A DNA stretch of 64,000 nucleotides from an uncultured Chloroflexia bacterium (GTDB lineage Bacteria; Chloroflexota; Limnocylindria; Limnocylindrales; CSP1-4), in NCBI GenBank assembly GCA_963772995.1, contig CAVYZQ010000013.1, positions 3,294-67,293 on the forward strand. Reading direction: 5' to 3'. The notes beneath the pieces were generated by a model. It was given only the letters and a program-made list of their open reading frames with translations, did not search any database and had not been told where the DNA came from. Below are positions 30,491-40,312 of this stretch, in pieces; the stretch's first letter is position 1, and every line of letters begins with the position of its first letter. The position numbers and the translations under genes were made by a program.

Positions 30491-31301
30491 GCGCCGCCGA
30501 GCCGGGGTGCGGGCGCGGACGGGCCACGAGGCGCTGCGCGACCTGGCCGGCCCGCGACGGTGGCCGGCTCGACCGCGCGGCCATGCACCGGCGGGCGAGT
30601 CCCGGCGCGTCGAGCCACCCTCGCGCGGTGCGCTGCGGCCAGACGCCTGCTGGCGGGTCGGCCCTCCAGGCCGTCCGCGCATCGTCCGGTCGCGGCGAGG
30701 CGGGCGAGGCCGGCGACCATGCGCCGCGCTCCCGCGGCAGCCCATGCCGACGTCGGCCTGGCCCTCCGCGGCATCGGCTTCCTGACGGGTACCAGTCGTC
30801 GCCGAGGCCGGCAGCGTCGCCCCCACCCGTCACATGCTGGGCCAGGTCACCCCCGCGAGGCGCGCGCACCGGCCATACGACGGGCACCTCCCTGCGCGCG
30901 CACGACAACGCCGGTGCCGCCTGCGGTCGTCGAGCTCGACCGTCGGGCCCGCCGTCCTGCGCGCTACCGCCATCTGGCGGCAGGCGGATCGGCCCAGCCA
31001 TCATCGCGGTCGCCCGCGAGCTGGCGGGCTTCGTCTGGGCGACCGGCCAGCTGGTCCCGATGGCGACGGCCGCCTGACACAAGGGGGAGGGGCAGGGCGT
31101 GGTCGAGAGCGACAGGATGAGCCGAGAGCCCTGAGCCCTCCTATGCGATCCCGACTCGCGCTGCTAGTCCGAGGCACCTCGGTGACGACTCACTGTCATG
31201 CGGCAACGGCCCGGCCGACCCGCGGATATCAGGGTGACCATCGTCGCACGGACCTGACCTCGAGCACGTCCTGCCCCACCCCCTTGACACATCCTTCCGT
31301 A

Positions 31302-32162
31302 TCAGGAGGGCAGGCGTCGCCTGCGGATCAGGTCCCTCAGCGCGAGCCCGACGAACCGGACATTCACGACGGTGTAGCGACGCGCCAGCCGGCGCGGCTC
31401 GTGGTACAGCCTGAAGAGCCACTCGAGTCCGAAGCGCTGCATCACGCGCGGGGAGCGGGGCAGGACACCGCTGACGATGTCGAAGGCCGCCCCGACGGCC
31501 ATGATCGCCGGTGCGTTGAGGGCGGCCCGATTGTCCGCGAGCCAGAGATCCTGCTTCGGTGTGCCCAGCCCGACCCAGATGAAGTCGGCATCCGCTGCGT
31601 TCAACCGGGCGACCATCGCCGCATTCTCCTCGGCCGTCAGCGGTCGGAAGGGTGGGGTCTCGCACCCAGCGACGATGAGGCCCGGATATTGCGTCGAGAG
31701 CTGCGCCGCCAGCCGTTGGGCGACACCATCACCACCCCCGTAGAAGAAGTGTCGGGCACCCTGCGCGCGCCCAAGGTTCGCGATGTCGGGCAGAACGTCG
31801 AGCCCACACACGCGTTCGATCCGGTAGCCTCGCGCCCGGCCGACCCAAACCAGAGGGACCCCGTCCGGGACGACCATCCCTCCGCCCTGCAAGGCATCGC
31901 GGAGGTCAGGCCTATCCTGCGCCTCGATGATCGTATGGGCCGTGCAGAAATGCACTCGCAGCCGAGCCCGGTCAGCCGGTGCCGCCAGGAAGGCTGAGAT
32001 CGCTTCCTGGTAGGTGACGGCCGCGATGGGGATGCCGGCGATGCCTACGACGCGAGAAGCGTCGTCAGGTGCCACGCGTTTCCACGGGGTACTCTCCGCG
32101 TCCACCTCGACCGGACGGGTCGCGAGCCTGCCCGACCCCACATCAGTCGACAAGGGGTCCAA
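31302..32162 (-). CDS. WecB/TagA/CpsF-family glycosyltransferase (GT26)
   Basis: Motifs include HFCTAHTI, GGGMVVPDGVPLVW and VAGCETPPF...FIWVGLGTPKQDLW. The true start is probably internal (VVGIAGIP...). Confidence 0.75.
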   Translation of the reverse strand: MDPLSTDVGSGRLATRPVEVDAESTPWKRVAPDDASRVVGIAGIPIAAVTYQEAISAFLAAPADRARLRVHFCTAHTIIEAQDRPDLRDALQGGGMVVPDGVPLVWVGRARGYRIERVCGLDVLPDIANLGRAQGARHFFYGGGDGVAQRLAAQLSTQYPGLIVAGCETPPFRPLTAEENAAMVARLNAADADFIWVGLGTPKQDLWLADNRAALNAPAIMAVGAAFDIVSGVLPRSPRVMQRFGLEWLFRLYHEPRRLARRYTVVNVRFVGLALRDLIRRRRLPS

Positions 32163-33775
32163 CCGCCGAACCGGTCATCGATCGCTCGCCGTGTCCGGCT
32201 GCAGTCGCCGGGTGGCTCCCCGCCGTCACGCCGGGAGCGAAGTAGCCGTAGGACGCCTCGGCGCGCGGGTTCGGCATCCGGTTCATGACCAATCCGAGCA
32301 TCCGCGTTCCAACGATCGACAGCGCGTCACGCGCCGCTCGGACCGCATCTCGTGGCGTGTGGTCGGCGTCGACGACGACGATCGACCCGTCGACGAAAGT
32401 CGATAGCACGGCCGGATCGGTGAACAGGTTGATCGGGGAGCAGTCGAAGATCACGATATCGGCGGCCGCAGCGAGACTTTCGACGATCGTTCGCATCCGC
32501 GCCGAGCCAAGGAGCTCCGCCGGATTCGGCGCCGGAGACCCGGCGGTGATGATACGGAGATCCGCCTGTTCGGTCGTCTGAGCCACGGTGTCGATGTCGA
32601 TATGGTCGAAGCGCATGAGGTCGGTCAGGCCGACCGTGCCAGACAACGAGAAGAAGCGATGCACGTTCGGCACGCGGAGATCGGCATCGACGAGGATCGT
32701 GCGTTTGCCAGCTTGTGCAAACACGATGGCGAGATTGCAGGCGACCGTCGTCTTGCCATCCTGAGGCTGGGCGCTCGTGACAATCATGGTCTTGGACGGC
32801 GCGGAGATCGCCGTGAACTCGATGTTCGTCCGAAGGACGCGGAAGGCCTCGCTTACCGGGGACCGCGGGTAGAGAAGGGCCGCTAGGCCATAGATCGGAT
32901 TGCGGTCCTTCTCGGTATGCATCCGGGGAATGAGGCCGAGGACCGCGAGACCCGTCAACCGTTCGGCTTCCTCGCGCGTCTTGAAGTGGTCCTCGAAATG
33001 ATCCAGCAACAATGCGAGGGCGGCAGCGATCAGGGCGCCCGCAGCGAGCGCGAGGAGCAGGTTGTTCAAGATCTGCGGCGACGAGGGCGATGTCGATGGG
33101 ACCGCCGAATTCGACGATGGCCAGGTGATTCGCGCCCGAGTTCGTCGCGTACGTCAGCATCGACGCGTATGTCGAACGAAGCGACAGCAGTCGCGCTTGC
33201 AGCTGGGTGAGTTGCTCTTGCTCCGTGGGGCTCGGACTCGCAAGGCTGGCGAGACGGTTCACCTCTGCCTGGGTGGACCTGATCTGGTCCTGGAGGGTGA
33301 CGAGGTCCTCGGCGACGAATTCTTCCACGCCCGATCCCTGACCGCCCTGCACGGTCGGCGAGTAGGCGATCAGCTCAGCCGCCATCTCGTTGGCGATGGC
33401 GGCTGCGACCTTCGCGTCGGCGTCGCGGGCCTGGATCGTGATCAGCGAGCTGTCGGCCGCGGTCGTCACGCTGATCCTGCGTTGGAGCGTGCCGGGATCC
33501 ACTGGGAGATGAAGCTTGTCGATCACCGCCTGCAGGATGAGTCGAGTCGTGGCGATCTGCGCGTACGTCGTGCTGAGCTGCTGAGAGGCAGCCATTTGAC
33601 TCAGGTCCGGGTTCACCGCCGTCAGGGACTGGCCGACGATGACTTTGGCCTGGCTGTCGTACGCCTTGGCGCTTGTCAGGCTCGAGGCGAGCGCACCCAC
33701 GACAGCAAGCGAGATGACCGCGATGATGAGCCTGTGTCGGGCGCGGAGGACGGCCAACAGGGTCCGAAGGTCCAA
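32143..33775 (-). pseudogene. Polysaccharide co-polymerase / tyrosine autokinase (Wzz domain plus BY-kinase P-loop ATPase), frameshift between domains at about 33075-33095
   Basis: The N-terminal Wzz domain is in ORF 32327..33775 (membrane anchor LIIAVISLAVVGALA, coiled-coil). The C-terminal domain is in ORF 32143..33069, with Walker A (SAQPQDGKTTVACNLA) and VDADLR. The kinase frame is open upstream across the junction. Confidence 0.75.
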
Positions 33776-33870
33776 GGTTCTCCTCGAGTGAAGACGAAGC
33801 GTCGCGAGTATGACAGCAAAAAAGCCAAATGCCGTCGACGGCGGTGCCCGGCCGCACCACAGACTTTCGC

Positions 33871-33906
33871 TGCCGGCGTGGCTGCCGGCGTGGCTGCCGG
33901 GACGGT
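33871..33906 (+). repeat. 12-bp direct repeat (CTGCCGGCGTGG, about 3 copies) in an 830-bp intergenic region
   Basis: Seen directly in the sequence. It lies in the long non-coding gap between the divergent BY-kinase and CWB2-protein genes. Confidence 0.6.
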
Positions 33907-35774
33907 ACCTAATCGCCCTGCTCCTTCGATCGTCGCCCTCGGATCGGCGGTCCGTTGCGCGACGAGGTGCTCATCAGCCTGACTATCCGACTAACGACAG
34001 GATGGAACGGCTGCAGGTAGGGTCGCTCTACCGACTATCGAGGACGTACGACCGGCCGGTACGACAAAGCCAACCCTGCAGTGATGCGGGTGAACGGAAG
34101 CCACGTGACTTCCTGCATCCCCAGGAAGCCAGACGGTTGCCGAATACCGACCACGTCGCGCCGTTGCGTGCTGTCTGCCCCGTCGCCGGACCACCGGTCG
34201 CCGCACCAGACCGTGCCAGGCTGTGTCGCGTGGTCTGAGGGACCATGCATTCCGATACGGGACCCGATCGCCGTTCGTCGAGCCCAGCCCTGGCGCTCCC
34301 CCGCCACTGAAGGCATCCGCCTCGAGTTCACGGACGCGGGAACGATCGCGAATTCAGGATCGTACGCCCTCAGCCGGCGGACGAGGCATCGGATCGGGCC
34401 TGGAAAAACGCCGGCGAGGCTATCGGCTACGCCCCGGTCGAGGAGGCGCTTGACGGCCCAGTGGAGAATAGTGGTGCGTCCGCGCACCACATATTTGCGC
34501 GTTCCCCCGACGCGACCGTCGATCGACTCGATACGCCCAAGCCTTGCCCGTGTGCCTGTCACGGGCGGTCATGTCACGTCGGGGTTGCCACCAGAAAGAG
34601 GTGCCTCGACATGCCCACGTTCCGGCGATCCAATGCCGTCACGAGGATCGTCCTCGTGGTCGCACTCGTTTTCGCGCTCTGCGCGTCGGCGTTCGCATCC
34701 ACCCCAGCTTCTGCTGCGGGCCTGGTCACTCGTCAAGCGGGTGCCGGTCGCACGGCGACTGCCGTGGCGATCAGCCGGGCGACATTCAGGCCCGGCGTCC
34801 CCGTCGTCTACGTGGCTGAACAGGCGGACCTCGCGTACTCGCTGCCCGGGGCGGCAGCAGCCGGCGCACTCGGTGGTCCCGTGCTGCTGACCGCCCGCAA
34901 CGCGCTGCCAGGGCAGGTCGCTCGGGAGCTCACCCGACTCCGGCCGGCGCGGATCGTCGTACTCGGCGGGACCCGCCACGTTTCCAACGCCGTTCTCGCG
35001 AGGCTCCGCTCGTATGCCCGAAGGTCATTCGCCAGGCTGGCGCGGACCGGTTTGCCACGGCCGCGGCCGTGAGCGCTGCTGCCTTCGCTCCCGGTGTGCC
35101 CGTCGCGTATGTCGCGCGATACGACGATTACCCGGCCATGTTCGCTGCTGCTGCCGCAGCCGGCGCGCTCGGCGGTCCCCTCCTCCTGACCGACCCGCGA
35201 AGGCTGACCCGCGCGACCGCGAACGAGCTCCGCCGGCTCCGTCCTGCGCGAATCGTCGTCGCCGGTGGAACCGGTGCCGTATCGAATGCCGTGCTGTACA
35301 CACTCCGGGGTGTATGCGGCGAGGGTGTCGCGCCAGGCGGGCGGCGATCGATACGCCACGGCGGCCGCGATCGCCCGGGGAACGATACCCGAACGGGGCC
35401 GATCTGGCATTCGTCGGCAGCGGCCTCAACATCGCCGACGGAGCGACCGGCGCCGCCGCAGCCGCGAAGCTGCATCGGCCGCTGTTCCTGACCGCCGTCA
35501 ATGACCGCGTCGGCTCCGACCGCGGCAGGACTCCTACGACAAGCGCCGCGAGCCCTCGTGATCCTCGGCAGCGAGACGGCCGTTTCGACCGCCGCCGCGA
35601 CGACGCTCGCTCGTGTGATCGCGTCGGCGGCCGAAGCCGAAGCCGACCGAGCCGACGCCCACGCCGACGCCGACCCGACGCCGACGCCGACGCCGCCCGA
35701 CGCCGACGCCGACCGCCCGACGCCGACGCCGACGCCGACGCTCCCGCGGCCACGCCGACTCCGACTCGCCGACG

Positions 35775-35894
35775 CCAACGGCGACTCCGACGCCGACGCC
35801 GACTCCTCGGCCAACAGCGACTCCGACTCCGACGCCGACGCCAACGGCGACTCCGACGCCGACGCCGACTCCTCGGCCAACAGCGACTCCGACT
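35775..35894 (+). repeat. 60-bp direct repeat x2 inside the PT-rich linker (low-complexity CCGACG microsatellite)
   Basis: CAACGGCGACTCCGACGCCGACGCCGACTCCTCGGCCAACAGCGACTCCGACTCCGACGCCGACGC is repeated at 35775-35834 and 35835-35894. Confidence 0.7.
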
Positions 35895-36005
35895 CCGACT
35901 CCGACGCCGACGCCACCGCCGGCCCCGCCAGGACAGGCCTTCACGACCATCCAGGCGGCAGTCGATGCCGCTCCATCTGGGGCGACCATCACCGTCCCGC
36001 CGGGG

Positions 36006-36345
36006 GTCTATCGCGAGAGCGTGACCATCCGAAAGCCCATCACCCTCAATGGCTATGGCGCGATCATCGATGGACGAGACACGGCCGGGAACCTCGTCCG
36101 GTCGACGTGGCTGTCTGTCGCCGCGAACGACGTGACCGTCCGCGGCTTCACCATGCGCTACGCGAATGGGACGTATGCGACCGGCTCGGTCGAGAACGCG
36201 GTCGGCGTCCAGCGGTTCCGGCTCGAGGACTGCGACCTCGGCTTCAGCTACGTCAACCTGAACCTGACGGGAGCCATCGACTCGACCATCAAGAACTGCG
36301 CCATCCACGACGCCAAGCATCTTGGCGTCCGGGTGTCGGCTCCCG
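36006..36345 (+). repeat. Copy A of a 340-bp, about 99% identical inverted repeat shared with the paralogous beta-helix gene (copy B at 41056-41395)
   Basis: Base-by-base comparison of 36006-36345 with the reverse complement of 41056-41395 shows at most 5 mismatches, whereas the flanking coding sequence of the two paralogs is clearly diverged. Confidence 0.85.
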
Positions 36346-37123
36346 GTGTCAACAACAATCGAGGCCAGCGCAATCAGGTTATCGGCAACCGCATCTATCG
36401 CAACAACATCGTGGGCGAGCCTGATAACAACGGCGACGCGGCCGGGATCAAGATCACCGCTCAGGACAACTTCGTGATCTCGGGCAACGAGGTCTACGAC
36501 AACGGGGCCAACGGTCTCTGGCAGGACGCCTGGTGCCGAAACTCCATGATCTCGAACAACCGCGTCCATGGCAACAATGGACCCGGCATCTTCGATGAGA
36601 CCTCGACCGGCACGAAGATCAGCGGCAACGTCTCTTGGCGGAACGGAGCCAATGAGCCGTGGGGCTGGGGCGCCGGCATCCTCGTCGCCGCATCGAAGGG
36701 CACCGAGGTCTACAACAACACCCTCGCCTGGAACAGGATCGGCATCAGTTACATCAGCCAGAACCGCGGTGACGACCCCGGCATGACCGGCAACTACAGT
36801 CACGACAACTTCGTGGCCGAGGCGCAGCAGGTGGCCGGTCAGGACCACTGGGGCTCGTTCTGGGCGCAGGACTGGAACGGCATCCTGTACCTGCCATCCA
36901 GCAACAACCACGGCCTCAACGACCGCTTCTACTACGCCAACCCGGACGGCTCGTTGGCCCCCGAGAACCAGTACCTCCGGTTCATCTGGGACGGCTACCG
37001 GAGCGCCACGACCTTCCGGACGACACCTGGCGGCCAGGGCGCATCCTATGCCACGCAGGCCGATGCCACGGCTATCCTGACGGCGGCCGGCGTGCCGTCG
37101 ACTCCATAGACAGCAGGCGATGC

Positions 37124-38190
37124 TTAACCGACGGCCCGGTACACCGCCAGCGTCTCTTCGGCGCAACGCCGCCAACTAAAGCGGCGCACCCGCTCGCGAC
37201 CTGCCGCGATGTGATCGTCACGCCGGCTCGGGTCGTTGGCCACGGCCAGCATCGCGTCGAGATAGGCAGCGGGCGTCTGGTCCGCGTAGATCGGGGCGTC
37301 ACCTCCCAGTTCGGGCAGGCTCGCCAGCGGCGAACAGATGACCGGACAGCCGAGCGCCATCGCCTCGACGAGCGGGAATCCGAAGCCCTCGTACCTGGTC
37401 GGGAAGACGAGGGCGAGGGCTCGCCGATAGAGATGGACGAGGACCTCGTCGTCCTGCCGGCCCGCATACCCCCATCCGGGCGGCGGCGAACCTTCGCCTT
37501 CCACGCCGAGCCAGCGCGCCCCCACGATCACGAGCGGCGGAAGGAGGATTCCCGGCCTGAGGCAAGCTCATAGACCTCGCGCAAGAGTCGAAGGTTCTTG
37601 ACCGGTTCGAGTGACCCTACGAACAGGTAGAAGTCGTGCGCCAGATCGAAGTCGGGAGGCCGCTCCGGCGGGATCAGGTCCGGGCTGAAATCGCACCCGT
37701 TGTGCACCACCTCGATGAGCGACGCCGGGAGGTCAAGGCAGCCGATCGCCTCATCGGCCGTGAACTGGCTGATACAGATGACGCGGTCGTAGCCTGACAA
37801 CGCCGCGAGCCGGCGCGGGCCACTCCTGCGTTGCCAGGCGCGATATCGATCGGGATACCGAAAGATGGCCATGTCGTGGGCGGTGGCGACCTTCCGTATT
37901 CCGTCCGGGATCCGCGCCATCGGGCCGGACGTCGCATGGAACACGTCGAGCTTCGCGGACCGCATGCGGCGCGGGGCGATCCACGGTGCCCAGACAGCCT
38001 CCCGGTAGACGGTCTTGAGGGACCGCTGAGGCTGCCGATAGTCGAGGTTGTCGACCTCCCAGGCCATTGGCACGACCTCGACGTCCGAGACGTCCAGCGC
38101 CTCCAGTCCTGCCAGCAAACCCCGGATGTATCGGGCGACGCCTGCCTGGGTCGTGCGCAGCCCGTTCGTGTCGACTCCGACGCGCATCAC
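37124..38190 (-). pseudogene. GT4-family glycosyltransferase, single frameshift at about 37545-37560
   Basis: The N-domain is ORF 37528..38190. The C-domain is ORF 37124..37531, with the EX7E-type motif FPTRYEGFGFPLVEAMALGCPVI. The junction ...LLREVYELA/..GILLPPLVIVGARW is consistent with a GT4 fold. Confidence 0.7.
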
Positions 38191-39389
38191 TCGACCCGTC
38201 GCCCGCGGCGATGGACCGAACGCGCCTTGGTGGCCCGTGCCCGGTCATAGATCTCCAGGTGCTTTTGGTAGCTTCGCCCGGGGGTGTAGCGCTCCTCGTA
38301 CTCGAGACGCGCGGCCCTGCCCAACGCGAGGATCTCGCCAGGATGCGATCGAGCCCAGTCCACCTTCGACGCAAGAAAATCTGGCGCATCGGCCGCGAAC
38401 ACGACACCACCGGAACTGCTTCCGACGATCTCGCCGAGCGATCCAAGATCGCTCGCCAGGACCGGCAAACCAGTAGCGAACGCCTCGGCGATCACCATCG
38501 GAAAGCCTTCGTACCAGATCGATGGGACCACCAGGAAGCTCGCCTCTTGCATCAGGCGCAGCACGTCGTCCTTCGGTCTGCGCCCGAGCCACTCGACGCC
38601 TGGGATACGGTCGGCTGCCGTAGCGACCTCGTCAGCGAGCGGTCCATCACCGACGATCTTGAGCGGGAAGGCACCATCGAGGCGCTCCCATGCCGAGAGC
38701 AACGTCGGCAAGCCCTTTTCGATCGCCAGGCGACCGGTGAACAGCGCGAAGCCCCCGTCGTGGGAGCCGACCCCCGGGTCCGGGTTGATGAAGTTCGGCT
38801 TGATGACGATCCTGTCGCCTCGAAGGCCGCCGGAGATGAGCTGCTGCCGTGCGAACTCGGATAGCGTGATGTAGACGTGGACGAGCCAATTCCAGGTCTG
38901 CAGCAGCCGGTGGGTCGACAGCATGCCCGCAACGACCAGGCTGGCGGATCGACTGTCCCGGTAGCACGCGTGCTTGACGGCCGGCCACGGGATCGGTCGT
39001 CCGACACAGTCGACACATGGTCGGCCGTCGCGGAAGAGCGTCGCGCCGGGGCAGATGAGGCGGTAGTTGTGGATCGTCTGGACGACGGGCACTCCCTCGG
39101 CGCGCGCGGCGTAGTAGCCCGCCGGCGAGATCAACGGGAACGTGTTGTGGAAGTGCACCACATCAGGGCGAAACGACCTGAGCATCGCACGCAAGTCGTC
39201 ATGGGCGCGCCGGCTCCACAGCGTGGTCGCGGCGAGGGTCCACGGCTTCATGTCGGCGACCCTGGCGTTGTCGTCCGTGTACAGCATGACGGAATGCCCG
39301 AAGGATTCCATCAACTCGCTTTCAGCCGCGAAGACCGAGTCCTCGCCGCCAGCCTGTTGGTATCGGTCATGGACGAAGACGATGCGCAT
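38187..39389 (-). CDS. GT4-family glycosyltransferase
   Basis: It is an intact 400-aa protein with SIWYEGFPMVIAEAFATGLPVLASD. Confidence 0.85.
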   Translation of the reverse strand: MRIVFVHDRYQQAGGEDSVFAAESELMESFGHSVMLYTDDNARVADMKPWTLAATTLWSRRAHDDLRAMLRSFRPDVVHFHNTFPLISPAGYYAARAEGVPVVQTIHNYRLICPGATLFRDGRPCVDCVGRPIPWPAVKHACYRDSRSASLVVAGMLSTHRLLQTWNWLVHVYITLSEFARQQLISGGLRGDRIVIKPNFINPDPGVGSHDGGFALFTGRLAIEKGLPTLLSAWERLDGAFPLKIVGDGPLADEVATAADRIPGVEWLGRRPKDDVLRLMQEASFLVVPSIWYEGFPMVIAEAFATGLPVLASDLGSLGEIVGSSSGGVVFAADAPDFLASKVDWARSHPGEILALGRAARLEYEERYTPGRSYQKHLEIYDRARATKARSVHRRGRRVE

Positions 39390-39514
39390 CCTTACCTGCT
39401 GAGGGCCCGAAGGCCATTACGATCCCCTGCCGGCGCGATTTTCGAAGGACCCGTCTGGCGCCGGGACAGGGTACCCGACATGCCTTCAGGCGAGGAACGA
39501 AGACCTACGACTGG

Positions 39515-40312
39515 TCAGCCACGACGACGGAAGATGTAGATGTACCCTTCCGTACCTACGCCGGCGGCTTCATCCGGCTCCTGATGTCGCAGGTCGAGAG
39601 CCGCGGACTGGGCGACGGCGACGACATCTGCCGGATCGGTGTAGTACATGTCGAAGACGACGGACGTTCCGTGTCGCCACCGTCTGTATCTCGACCGCAC
39701 GCCCACCGGCAAGGCGTCGACGATGCGTCGGCGCGTCGTCGTTCGCGCAGGCCCACGCGATGGGAGCTGGAACGCCACGAAGCCGCCCGGAGCCGTCACC
39801 CTTCCGAATTCGGCGACATAGCTGGCGGCTAGCGACCAGGGCATGTGCTGCAGACAGATGTGCGAAAAAGCCAGGTCGAAGGTGGCATCCGGGAACTGAC
39901 GGAGGTCGACTGCATCGTTGACGAGCAGGCGGACGTTCGGGGCGCTCGCGACGACAATGCGGCCACGTTCGATCATCGGCGCCGAGATATCGACGCCGGT
40001 GACGGAAGCCGCCCTGCGTCCCCATGCCATGGACAGGCGCCCGACCCCGCAACCGAAATCGAGCACCGACGCGAAGGGACCCGTCTGCCCTGCGTCACGC
40101 AACAGTCCCTCGTACCTGGCAACGTCGGTCTCCCCTCGGGCGAGGAATTCTTCGAGGTCCCAGCGGCCTCGCCGGCGGTCCGCGTCGGTCAGGATCGCCC
40201 AGAGCGGGTCGTCCGTGCCAAGCGTCTGCCACGTCTGCCTGAGTTCGTCGAATTCCTGCGACGACACGACAGTTTGCCGCGGTTCGGCCGACGGCTGCCG
40301 CGAGCCGTTCAC
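39515..40312 (-). CDS. Class I SAM-dependent methyltransferase
   Basis: It has VLDFGCGVGRLS (motif I) and a Rossmann fold. Confidence 0.8.
   Translation of the reverse strand: MNGSRQPSAEPRQTVVSSQEFDELRQTWQTLGTDDPLWAILTDADRRRGRWDLEEFLARGETDVARYEGLLRDAGQTGPFASVLDFGCGVGRLSMAWGRRAASVTGVDISAPMIERGRIVVASAPNVRLLVNDAVDLRQFPDATFDLAFSHICLQHMPWSLAASYVAEFGRVTAPGGFVAFQLPSRGPARTTTRRRIVDALPVGVRSRYRRWRHGTSVVFDMYYTDPADVVAVAQSAALDLRHQEPDEAAGVGTEGYIYIFRRRG

Larger units (their letters stand above)
34611..37109 (+). pseudogene. Secreted cell-wall-anchored protein: signal peptide plus 3 CWB2 repeats plus PT-rich linker plus right-handed parallel beta-helix (pectin-lyase fold) domain, with at least 4 frame disruptions
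   Basis: The signal peptide is MPTFRRSNAVTRIVLVVALVFALCASAFA. The CWB2 repeats are GRTATAVAISRATF...VLLTARNALPGQVARELTRLRPARIVVLGGTRHVSNAV (frame 3), a second in frame 2 and a third in frame 1. A (PT)n linker sits at 35640-35930. The beta-helix domain (36000-37109) is in frame 3 ([32 protein letters not shown]..., NxxxxN repeats). Confidence 0.65.

Noticed and set aside
30500-31080. Continuation of the transposase-like frame (Arg/Ala/Pro-rich)
   Set aside because: It could be the decayed remainder of the IS or non-coding. No conserved transposase C-terminal motifs are recognisable, so it was not annotated as coding.
35025-37175. 716-aa ORF on the - strand
   Set aside because: It is antisense to the CWB2/PT-linker/beta-helix gene. 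Its translation is dominated by RRRR/RSRS runs generated by the (PT)n microsatellite.
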